Origin: Dehalococcoidia bacterium
GTDB lineage: Bacteria; Chloroflexota; Dehalococcoidia; Lucifugimonadales; JAGWBF01
Assembly (NCBI GenBank): GCA_965220375.1
Contig: OZ244824.1
Coordinates: forward strand, 1,178,968 to 1,202,967
Length of the DNA: 24,000 nt
Reading direction: 5' to 3'
Part shown: one piece after another, positions 16,658 to 24,000 of the stretch
Numbering within the stretch: position 1 is the first letter of the stretch
How the letters are laid out: each line of letters opens with the position of its first letter
Made by a program: the position numbers and the translations under genes
The notes under the pieces: generated by a model
The model's input: the letters and a program-made list of their open reading frames with translations, nothing else
What the model was told of the DNA's origin: nothing
Database searches by the model: none

Positions 16658-17821
16658 ATGACACTTCCCACCCCCTTGAAGTTTGGAATCTTCATGGCCC
16701 CCTTCCACCGCCTGGGGGACAACCCCACCCTGGCGCTGGAGAGGGACCTTGAGCTTATCCAGCGGCTGGATGAGCTGGGCTTTGACGAAGCATGGATAGG
16801 AGAGCACCACAGCGCGGGATGGGAGACTATCGCTTCTCCGGAGATATTCATCGGCATAGCCGCCGAGCGCACCCGCCATATCCGGCTGGGCACCGGCGTG
16901 ATCAGTCTCCCATACCACCACCCCCTGATGGTCGCAAACCGGATGGTGCTCCTGGACCACCTGACCCGGGGCCGGGTAATGCTCGGGGTTGGCCCGGGGG
17001 CCCTGGTGTCCGACGCCGTCATGCTGGGCATCGACCCCGAGCTCCAGAGGGAGCGCATGGAGGAGTCCCTGGGCATCATAATGCGCCTGTTCACAGAGAC
17101 CGAACCAATTACCTACAAGAGCGACTGGTTCGAGATTAACGACGCCGTGCTCCAGCTCCGCCCGTACCAGAAGCCCCATATTCCGGTGGCTGTGGCTTCT
17201 GTGCAGTCCCCATCGGGTGTTGCCTTGGCGGGGAAGCACGGCGCCGCGGTGCTCTCGGCCAGCATTCCCCGGGATTCGTCGGGGGAAGCTCAGCTATCCT
17301 ACCTTTGGGATGTGGCAGAAGAGTCGGCCGCAAAGCACGGCAAGACGGTCCACAGGAGTGAATGGCGCCTGTCCATACCGGTGCACCTGGCTGAAACCAG
17401 GGAGAAGGCCTTTGCCGAAGCGCGCCTGGGGGCTGGCCAGTTCCAGAGGGAGTACTTCGAAGACACTATAGGCAGGAAGCCGGATGAGCCCCTGCCCGTA
17501 GAGGAGATCATTGACCAGATGGCGGACCTGGGGCACTGGATCATCGGCACCCCCGATGACTGCATAGCGGGAATCGAGAAGCTCATGGAGCGCAGCGGCG
17601 GGTTCGGCGGACTGCTGATCATGGCCCAAGACTGGGCGCCCCGGCAGGCTATATTGAACAGCTATGAGCTGATGGCCCGGTACGTGATGCCCCATTTCCA
17701 GGACAGCCTCACCGGGCTGGAGATATCCAACCAATGGTCGCGGGACCGCACCGCTGAGCTTATGGCCGCCCGGCAGTCTTCCATCGCCCGCGCCCGCACC
17801 AGCTATGCCGAGCGCCGGTAG
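16658..17821 (+). CDS. LLM-class flavin-dependent oxidoreductase (luciferase-like monooxygenase)
   Basis: KFGIFMAPFHRLGDNPTLALERDLELIQRLDELGFDEAWIGEHH...LGTGVISLPYHHPLMVANRMVLLDHLTRGRVMLGVGPG, 387 aa. Confidence 0.94.
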   Translation: MTLPTPLKFGIFMAPFHRLGDNPTLALERDLELIQRLDELGFDEAWIGEHHSAGWETIASPEIFIGIAAERTRHIRLGTGVISLPYHHPLMVANRMVLLDHLTRGRVMLGVGPGALVSDAVMLGIDPELQRERMEESLGIIMRLFTETEPITYKSDWFEINDAVLQLRPYQKPHIPVAVASVQSPSGVALAGKHGAAVLSASIPRDSSGEAQLSYLWDVAEESAAKHGKTVHRSEWRLSIPVHLAETREKAFAEARLGAGQFQREYFEDTIGRKPDEPLPVEEIIDQMADLGHWIIGTPDDCIAGIEKLMERSGGFGGLLIMAQDWAPRQAILNSYELMARYVMPHFQDSLTGLEISNQWSRDRTAELMAARQSSIARARTSYAERR

Positions 17822-17954
17822 GCGGGGCTTCGTTAACCGGTAGGGCGCCCGCAACAGCTATGCCGAGCGCCGGTAGCCGAGGCTTTGTTAACCGGTAGGG
17901 CGCCCGCAACAGCTATGCCGAGCGCCGGTAGCCGAGGCTTTGTTAACCCGTAGG
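17790..17954. repeat. 55-bp tandem repeat, 3 copies
   Basis: Copies start at 17790, 17845 and 17900, each beginning GCGCCCGCAMCAGCTATGCCGAGCGCCGGTAG. Copies 2 and 3 differ at 1 position; copy 1 differs from copy 2 at 4 positions. Confidence 0.95.
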
Positions 17955-18467
17955 AGCGGGCTGCCCTCCCGCGCTCTCCCGCTCAAGCCGTCTCCGCTCC
18001 CGGCTGCGCACCGAGTTAAGCACCTGTTCGACAGCCATGCGCCCGACGGGGCCGGAGGCGTACATGGAGCCGAAGATGGTGCCGCCCCGAAGCACCAGGA
18101 GTTCCATGGGTTGAACGTACCGGCCGTGCTGGTCGTCGGCCCACCACGGGTCCAGCTCCCGCACATCCTCTTCGGTAATTCCGTAGGCTACGGGGATGGT
18201 AAGCCCATCTTCCTGGGCTGTCTCCGCGGCGGTGTTCCTGTCCTCCACCGTGGCGGCGATAACCTCCACGCCCAGCTCTTGCAGTTCATCGATGCTCGCT
18301 TGGTAGCTGGCCAACTGCCGGCGGCAGTAAGGTCACCACTTGCCCCTGTAGAAGAGAAGGACGAGGTAGCGGCCGGACATATCGCCTGGAAGCTGGATGC
18401 TCCGCCCATCGGTCAGGTCCAGCTTCATGGAAGGGAACTTCTCTCCCTGCACCAGCTTGCTTGGCAA
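17943..18467 (-). CDS. Peroxiredoxin/thioredoxin-fold protein, candidate selenoprotein with in-frame UGA at codon 45 (UxxC)
   Basis: Translating through TGA at 18335-18333 gives MPSKLVQGEKFPSMKLDLTDGRSIQLPGDMSGRYLVLLFYRGKW-U-PYCRRQLASYQASIDELQELGVEVIAATVEDRNTAAETAQEDGLTIPVAYG.... This is the AhpC/TSA-like FYRGxWCPYCRRQL motif with the first Cys replaced by TGA. TTG start with GGAGGT 5 nt upstream. Both sides are open in one frame. Confidence 0.8.
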
Positions 18468-18543
18468 GGGCCACCTCCGATGCTTCAGTTGCTATTATGC
18501 CCGCCCTTTGATCGTGGGCCGGCGTGAAGGAGGTATATGTTTC

Positions 18544-18563
18544 CCCCTCCCTTGAGGGAGGGG
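18544..18563. repeat. Perfect palindrome, REP/terminator-like
   Basis: CCCCTCCC TTGA GGGAGGGG. Confidence 0.7.
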
Positions 18564-18574
18564 ATTAAGGAGAG

Positions 18575-18629
18575 GGTGACACTTTCCTCCCAGCCGCCAT
18601 TTGCTTCCCTCCATTAGGAAAGTGTTACC
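18575..18629. repeat. Near-perfect 14-bp inverted repeat with a 27-nt interior, possible MITE remnant
   Basis: GGTGACACTTTCCT (18575-18588) versus AGGAAAGTGTTACC (18616-18629), 13/14 complementary plus one G-U. Confidence 0.6.
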
Positions 18630-18678
18630 TACGTTCGTGGATAATCTGTTACCAGTCTACCCGGTTTGTACCTACCCC

Positions 18679-18707
18679 GGCCCTCTCCCCCCTGACGGGA
18701 GAGGGCC
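18679..18707 (-). terminator. Strong hairpin just downstream of the molybdopterin-subunit gene stop
   Basis: GGCCCTCTCCC / GGGAGAGGGCC, a perfect 11-bp stem with a 7-nt loop, 2 nt after the stop codon (18710-18712). Could also be REP-like. Confidence 0.6.
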
Positions 18708-18709
18708 TG

Positions 18710-20950
18710 TTAGCTCCCCCTTGCCTGCAGGGCTGCCAGGACTTTCTCGGCGGTGATGGGCAGGTCGGTGATGGGCACGCCGATGGCATCATAGACGGCG
18801 TTGGCCACCGCCCCGGCCGTCGGGATGTTGGCGCTCTCGCCGATGCCCTTGCTCTCGAAGGGAGCAGGCCCCGGGGTTGGCTCCAACAGCACGGTGACCA
18901 GCTCAGGGATGTCCCTGATGGTGGGGACCTTGTAGTCGCCCATGCTCAGGGTGTTCACCCTGCCGTCCTCCACCAGCATCTCTTCCATGGTGGCGTAGCC
19001 CAAGCCCATGATGGTGCCGCCGTCTATCTGGCCTTGATGGGCCATGGGATTTAGAACGGTGCCAACATCGTGGATGGTGGTGATCTTCTTGACATCCACC
19101 TGCCCCGTCTCCGGGTCCACCTCCACCTCGGCCACCTGTACGCAGAAGGACGTTATCTCAGGAGGCTTTGAAGCAAAGGTGAACTCTCCCGTCAGGGGCT
19201 CTTCGTCGGCGGCGAAGGCTTGGGCCGCTATCTGCTGCACGGGGACCTCGCCTCCGGGCATGATCACGTTGCCGTCGCGCAGCTGAACGTCATCCTGGGA
19301 GCAGCTGTACAGCTCCGCCGCCCGGGCGACCAGCCGGCCCCTCAGCTCATTGGCGGCGCCCACGACCGCCGGCCCCGATGTGTAGGTGACCCGGCTCCCG
19401 CCGGAACCTGAGTCGAAGGGTACAGCATCGGTGTTCTGGGTCAGGTACTCGACCCGGTCCACGGGAATGGTCAACACCTCGGCTACCATCTGCCGGAAGA
19501 TGGTGTGGGCGCCCGTTCCCGTGTCCCAAAGGGACATCATCAGGGTTGCCTTGCCGTCGCTGTCCAGCACCACCTTGGCGGTGGACTCCCCGGTACCCTG
19601 GGGAAGGTCCGAGATGGCCATTCCCCTTCCCACGTAGGGCCCTGCCTTGGGGGCCTGCCAGTCCGAGGCTTCGGCGGCCCGCTCCAGGCACTCGGTGGCC
19701 CTGATTTGCTCGTACTCTTCGCCGATGGGAGAGGAGTCCCCCTCTATCAGGGAGTTTTGCAGGCGGAACCTGTAGGGGTCTATGCCCAGCTCCCTGGCAA
19801 TCATGTCCGTATGGGCTTCCACGGCGTAGATGACCTGGGGCTTGCCGGGAGAGCGCATATGCCCGCAGGGGACGGTGTTGGTGTAGACCATGTAGCAGTC
19901 GATGCGGGTGTGGGGGATGCGGTAATCGCCGCACACATGGTCCGCTCCACGGATGAACACCCCCGGCTTGAAGGCCCCGGACGCGCCGCTGTTGAAGACG
20001 ACTCTAGCCTGCCGGGCTACCAGGGTGCCGTCCTTCTTGAGACCCGACTTGAGGGTGATGTGGGTGGGGTGGCGGGGGTTACCTGCCAGGAACTCCTGGA
20101 TGTAGTCCATCACCATTTTCACCGGCCTGCCCGAGTTGAGGGCAAGGTGGTAGCAGAGGGGGCCATCCATGAAATCGCCCTTGCCCCCAAAGTCGCCCCC
20201 TATGCTGGTGACGTTCAGCGTGATGTTGGTCTCAGGCATATCCCATGCAGCCGCAAGCTGGGTGCGCAGGGTGAAGGGTGCCTTGTTGTTGATCCACATC
20301 TGCACCCGCCCATCATCTTCCACCTTGGCGACGCAGGCGTGGGGCTCGATATAGACCTGGTGCACCATCTGGGTTGTGAAGGTGTGCTCGAACACAAGGT
20401 CTGCTTCGGCAAAGCCCTGGTCTATGTCTCCCTTGGACCAGACGTTGTGGGCAAAGACGTTGTTCTCGGCGATGGTGGAGGCAGGGGCGGGAAGGCCGAT
20501 GTAGGATGCAAGGTCGGGATGGAGGACCGGGGCATCGGGCTTCATTGCCTCGAAGGGGTCGTACACCGCCGGTAGCTCTTCGTACTCTACGTCGATGAGA
20601 AGCAGGGCTTCCTCGGCAATGTCCGGGGATTCGGCGGCCACGGCGGCCACCTTCTCCCCAACGAAGAGCACCCGGTCCCTGGCGAGCACGGGAAAGTCCT
20701 TCAGCCTGCGGCCCACCCTCCTGTCTGGGACATCCTGGCCTGTTATGACGGCATGGACACCAGGCAGCGCCTTGGCCTTTGTCGTGTCGATGCTTACGAT
20801 CCGGGCATGGGGGAAGGGGCTTCTGAGGACCTTGCCCCAGAGCATCCCCGGCAGTATCACATCTGCGGTGTACCGGGCCTTTCCGGTGACCTTGTCGGGG
20901 CCTTCGCCCCTGGTAACAGATTGGCCGACGGTCGAAAAGGAAGTAACCAC
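18710..20950 (-). CDS. Xanthine dehydrogenase/CO dehydrogenase-family molybdopterin-binding large subunit (CoxL/XdhA-like)
   Basis: VGQSVTRGEGPDKVTGKARYTADVILPGMLWGKVLRSPFPHARI...HACVAKVEDDGRVQMWINNKAPFTLR...GGDFGGKGDF...DVGTVLNPMAHQGQIDGGTIMGLGYATMEEM; 746 aa. Confidence 0.94.
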   Translation of the reverse strand: MVTSFSTVGQSVTRGEGPDKVTGKARYTADVILPGMLWGKVLRSPFPHARIVSIDTTKAKALPGVHAVITGQDVPDRRVGRRLKDFPVLARDRVLFVGEKVAAVAAESPDIAEEALLLIDVEYEELPAVYDPFEAMKPDAPVLHPDLASYIGLPAPASTIAENNVFAHNVWSKGDIDQGFAEADLVFEHTFTTQMVHQVYIEPHACVAKVEDDGRVQMWINNKAPFTLRTQLAAAWDMPETNITLNVTSIGGDFGGKGDFMDGPLCYHLALNSGRPVKMVMDYIQEFLAGNPRHPTHITLKSGLKKDGTLVARQARVVFNSGASGAFKPGVFIRGADHVCGDYRIPHTRIDCYMVYTNTVPCGHMRSPGKPQVIYAVEAHTDMIARELGIDPYRFRLQNSLIEGDSSPIGEEYEQIRATECLERAAEASDWQAPKAGPYVGRGMAISDLPQGTGESTAKVVLDSDGKATLMMSLWDTGTGAHTIFRQMVAEVLTIPVDRVEYLTQNTDAVPFDSGSGGSRVTYTSGPAVVGAANELRGRLVARAAELYSCSQDDVQLRDGNVIMPGGEVPVQQIAAQAFAADEEPLTGEFTFASKPPEITSFCVQVAEVEVDPETGQVDVKKITTIHDVGTVLNPMAHQGQIDGGTIMGLGYATMEEMLVEDGRVNTLSMGDYKVPTIRDIPELVTVLLEPTPGPAPFESKGIGESANIPTAGAVANAVYDAIGVPITDLPITAEKVLAALQARGS

Positions 20951-21051
20951 GGGGACCTCCTGAGGGGAAGTTGCGTTGTCAAGTATAGCACCGCACCCGG
21001 CTTGCGGCGTAGGCAGAAGGCTCGTGTGCCCTTATCCTGCGGGCCGCGCGG

Positions 21052-21531
21052 CTACCGGGCTAAGCTGACGTGGTACGTCTCGTATCGCGACCTGGTCTCC
21101 GCCATGCCAAGGTGAGAATAGACTCCCTTGGCAACATGGTTGTCCGGGTCCACACGCAGGCCTATGCCGATGGCGTCGGCGCTGCTGCGGGCCGACTGCA
21201 GCACTTTGTCGTACAGGCGTGAATAGACTCCCCGTCCGCGCCAGTCCGAGCGCACGTACACAGCTTGGAGCCACCAGGTGGTGCCGTTGCGGAAGTAGCT
21301 CCACATGTAGGTGACGACCACGATGCCCACCACCTCACCACCGGCATCGGCTACCAGGCAGAAGCCCCTGCTGGGGGAATCGAGGAGATGGCGGGTGCTC
21401 TTGGTGATAAGCTCCTTGTCCTGCAACCTGTCTTCCGTCTCCTCGGTGATAGCGGCCACCATATCCACGATAATTTCCAGGTCGCCGTCTTCGGCTTGCC
21501 TGATGTTAACTCCGGGCGCCGTAGCCAACAT
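21052..21531 (-). CDS. GNAT-family N-acetyltransferase
   Basis: IRQAEDGDLEIIVDMVAAI...WWLQAVYVRSDWRGRGVYSRLYDKVLQSA...GLRVDPDNHVAKGVYSHLGM. The ATG directly abuts the upstream MFS stop (TGAATG). Confidence 0.9.
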   Translation of the reverse strand: MLATAPGVNIRQAEDGDLEIIVDMVAAITEETEDRLQDKELITKSTRHLLDSPSRGFCLVADAGGEVVGIVVVTYMWSYFRNGTTWWLQAVYVRSDWRGRGVYSRLYDKVLQSARSSADAIGIGLRVDPDNHVAKGVYSHLGMAETRSRYETYHVSLAR

Positions 21532-22779
21532 TCACCTGCTTTCCGAGACCGGGGATGGCCTCAGGCTCATTGGAATAAACGCGACGAGGACCGCGGCGAG
21601 GGCGGTCAAAACCGCCGCGTAGTAAAACATGGTCCCGTATCCGCCCAGGTGGTCTATGGTCACCGAAGCGACGAAGGGGGACCCTATCCCGATCAGGCCG
21701 TTGATGCCAAAGACGAGCCCGATGGCCTTCGCCTCCCTTCCCTGGCCCACCACATCCAGCACACCTGCCTGCATTATCTGGTGCAGAGCAAAGCTGAAAA
21801 GCCCCATACCGGCAAATATGGGAATGAGCAGCAGGCTGTCCCCCGTAGGGACGACGACAAAAGACAGGACGGTCGCGATGGCGAGGCCGGGGACCAGCAC
21901 AGCTTTGCGGCCATAGCGGTCGGACAGGGCTCCCAGAATCGGTGTCGATACGATGCCCATCCCGGTGACCAGGGCAACGTAGAAGCCTGCTTCAATGTTA
22001 CCCATGCCCAATCCATCTTCAACGTCCTTGAGGTAGAAGGGTGTCCAGCTGAAAACGGCATCCAGCCCGATTCCCCGCAGCATAGCCGCCACAGTGAGGC
22101 CCATGACCACCGGCTCTTTCATCAGCCCGAGGGCCTCCCGGAACTGCACCTTCAGAGGGATGCGCTCCGATGCTTGGCCGTACTTCCCCAAATCCTTGAG
22201 GGACCACCAGACGAACACAGCCACCAGCACGCAGGGTATTGCATAGATGTAGAACACGTGGCGCCACAGGAGCATCCCCAACAGGGCGCCGGCCAGCACG
22301 GGACCCAGCACGTTGCCCACGTTGGAGCCGAAGCCGTGGATGGAAATGGCGAAGCCGCGCCGGTCAGGGAACCGCTGGGATATGGCGGCACCTGCGGGCA
22401 AGTGCCACAGGGAGCCGGGTATGGAAAGCAGGGCCACCGCCACGCCCAGCACCCATAGATTGGGGGACGTACCCATGAAGATGAACCCAGCTGCCGCGCC
22501 CGCCATGCTGCAGGTCAAAATGGTTCCCCAGCGGGGCTTCATCATATCCACCACGGGCCCGCCGCCCAGGTTGACCAGCGCCGATCCTCCCTGGCGTATG
22601 CCGAAGAGGATGGCCTGCTGGAAGCTGCCCAATCCCAAGCTGGCGGATATCTCGGTCAGCAGCAGGGGGAAACCTTGGTCGAACAGGTGGGATACCCCGT
22701 GGCCGAAGGACAAGCTGCCCAGGACGAAGCCTCGGTTGCTGCGAACGTCAGTGGACACTTCGGGGGACGCTCTTTCCAA
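21532..22779 (-). CDS. MFS transporter
   Basis: 415 aa with 12-TM-like hydrophobic pattern and MFS motif A-like GALSDRYGRKAVLV. TTG start behind GGGAG. Confidence 0.9.
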   Translation of the reverse strand: MERASPEVSTDVRSNRGFVLGSLSFGHGVSHLFDQGFPLLLTEISASLGLGSFQQAILFGIRQGGSALVNLGGGPVVDMMKPRWGTILTCSMAGAAAGFIFMGTSPNLWVLGVAVALLSIPGSLWHLPAGAAISQRFPDRRGFAISIHGFGSNVGNVLGPVLAGALLGMLLWRHVFYIYAIPCVLVAVFVWWSLKDLGKYGQASERIPLKVQFREALGLMKEPVVMGLTVAAMLRGIGLDAVFSWTPFYLKDVEDGLGMGNIEAGFYVALVTGMGIVSTPILGALSDRYGRKAVLVPGLAIATVLSFVVVPTGDSLLLIPIFAGMGLFSFALHQIMQAGVLDVVGQGREAKAIGLVFGINGLIGIGSPFVASVTIDHLGGYGTMFYYAAVLTALAAVLVAFIPMSLRPSPVSESR

Positions 22780-22839
22780 TGGCAGCTCCCTGTGGAGGAT
22801 AGGGCCGCCGACAGAGAACCGACGGCCCTTGAAGGTCTC

Positions 22840-24000
22840 TTAGGGGCTCCGTTTTAAGGGCAGTATGGCCACCATCAGGGCGGTGAACCCTGTGAGGATG
22901 CCGGCGTAGTAGAAGATGGAGCCATACCCTCCGTAGTTGTCTATGATGGCCGAAGCGATGAAGGGGGTCGCTATGCCCAGCAGCCCGCTCAATCCAAACA
23001 GGAGGCCTATGGCCTTGGCTTCCGTGCCCCTGCCGACCACGTCCAGCACTGATGCCTGCAGTATCTGATGTAGGGAATAGGCAAATATCCCCATGGCCGC
23101 CAGCACCAGTCCCAGCATCCACCTGCTTGACTCTCCCGCGGGTACCACCAGCATGGACAAGATGGCGGCGGCTATGAATCCAGGCAGCATCACCATCTTG
23201 CGCCCGTAGCGGTCCGAAAGCTCACCCAGGATAGGGGTGGACAGGATGCCCACCCCGGTGAGGATGGTGAGGAAGATGCCGGCGTCCAGGTTCCCCATGG
23301 CCAGACCACCTTCTTCCAAGGGCTGCTTGAGGTAGAAGGGGGTCCAGTTGGTTACGGCGCTTAGCCCGATGGTGCGGAGCATAGCTGCGATTGCCAACCC
23401 TGCGATCAGGGGATTTCGGAGCAGCCCGAAGGTCTCCCGGAACTGGGCGCCCATTGTCTTGGGGGGGCCGCCGTCTCCTCCCGAGTGTCCCAAGCCCTTC
23501 AGCGCCCACCAGACCAGGAGGGTGGCGACGAAATAAGGCGCAGCGTAGATGAAGAAGGTGGGCCTCCAGGTGAGCAGCCCAAGGATGCCCCCCGTCATTA
23601 TGGGACCGAGGACGTTGCCGACGTTGGCCCCGAAGCCGTGCAGGGTAACGGCGAATCCCCGGCGGTCGGGGAACCGCTGGGATATGGCTGCTGCCGCCGG
23701 CAGGTGCCACAGAGAACCCGGCACGGTGAATAGTAGGGAGACGACGACCAGGAAAGCGTAGTTGGGGGTGGCGCCCATCAGGGCAAAGGTGATGCCGTGG
23801 AAGAGCATGCAGCCCGTCAGGATGGCGCCCCAGTGATACTTGAACATATCCACCAGGGGGCCGCCTCCCAGGTTGATGAACCCGGAACCTACCTGCCTGA
23901 CCGCAAAAACGCTGGCGTTCTGCATGTTGCTGAAGCCCATGGCGGCAGAAATTTCGGTCAGCAGGAGGGGGAAACCCTGGGAGAAGAGGTGGGAGATGCC
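22840..24000 (-). CDS. MFS transporter, paralogue of the neighbouring gene, 5' end cut by the window edge
   Basis: GELSDRYGRKMVML. The frame is open through 24000, adding GISHLFSQGFPLLLTEISAA upstream of the listed M and aligning with GVSHLFDQGFPLLLTEISAS of the paralogue. Confidence 0.9.
   Translation of the reverse strand, partial: GISHLFSQGFPLLLTEISAAMGFSNMQNASVFAVRQVGSGFINLGGGPLVDMFKYHWGAILTGCMLFHGITFALMGATPNYAFLVVVSLLFTVPGSLWHLPAAAAISQRFPDRRGFAVTLHGFGANVGNVLGPIMTGGILGLLTWRPTFFIYAAPYFVATLLVWWALKGLGHSGGDGGPPKTMGAQFRETFGLLRNPLIAGLAIAAMLRTIGLSAVTNWTPFYLKQPLEEGGLAMGNLDAGIFLTILTGVGILSTPILGELSDRYGRKMVMLPGFIAAAILSMLVVPAGESSRWMLGLVLAAMGIFAYSLHQILQASVLDVVGRGTEAKAIGLLFGLSGLLGIATPFIASAIIDNYGGYGSIFYYAGILTGFTALMVAILPLKRSP

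Noticed and set aside
16451-17239. 262-aa minus-strand ORF
   Set aside because: It is antisense to the LLM oxidoreductase, with low-complexity antisense-like composition.
17790-17954. CRISPR-like array
   Set aside because: Units are contiguous 55-bp tandem copies with no unique spacers and no cas genes nearby.
18286-18474. 62-aa minus-strand ORF with GTG start
   Set aside because: It is out of frame with the peroxiredoxin-like sequence. The correct frame is the one read through the TGA.
19505-20575. 356-aa plus-strand ORF
   Set aside because: It is antisense to the molybdopterin large subunit and has no recognisable motif.
21265-22458. 397-aa plus-strand ORF
   Set aside because: It is antisense to the MFS and GNAT genes. 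The composition is rich in H, Q, P and G, typical of antisense translation.
1-24000. tRNA or rRNA genes
   Set aside because: No convincing tRNA cloverleaf or rRNA segment was recognised by eye. A tRNAscan/Infernal run would be needed to exclude them formally.
1-24000. Complete IS element, transposase or integrase
   Set aside because: No transposase or integrase motif is seen in any convincing ORF. Only short palindromes and a possible MITE remnant are present.

Overview
This 24 kb window comes from a GC-rich bacterial chromosome. The gene content looks like Chloroflexota/Dehalococcoidia (SAR202-like), but that is an inference from gene content only. Most of it is a conventional set of genes: M16 protease, MBL hydrolase, a giant FtsX-type ABC permease with its LolD-like ATPase, cupin, AbrB/PIN toxin-antitoxin, Rieske oxygenase, the nusA-ylxR-infB-rbfA-truB operon, a luciferase-like monooxygenase, an orphan CoxL-like molybdopterin subunit, a GNAT acetyltransferase and two tandem MFS transporters. 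Four observations stand out. (1) A peroxiredoxin/thioredoxin-like gene on the minus strand (about 17943-18467) is interrupted in frame by one UGA exactly at the first Cys of the expected WCPYC motif (W-UGA-P-Y-C). It is a strong candidate selenoprotein that the ORF track missed and truncated. (2) A small plus-strand defence-like island (about 7727-9342) encodes a Zn-binding-like small protein, a 100-aa unknown translationally coupled to a PD-(D/E)XK-like nuclease, and a stand-alone domain resembling the N-terminal sensor of Mrr-type restriction proteins. It could be a split modification-dependent restriction system. (3) An unannotated 46-aa double-CxxC zinc-ribbon gene (10846-10986, -) has a near-consensus promoter, an RBS and a downstream hairpin. 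(4) A 3-copy, 55-bp tandem repeat is seeded from the 3' end of the LLM oxidoreductase gene and runs into the 3' end of the convergent selenoprotein candidate. The PIN toxin next to the AbrB antitoxin appears frameshifted. A run of palindromes occupies 18544-18707.
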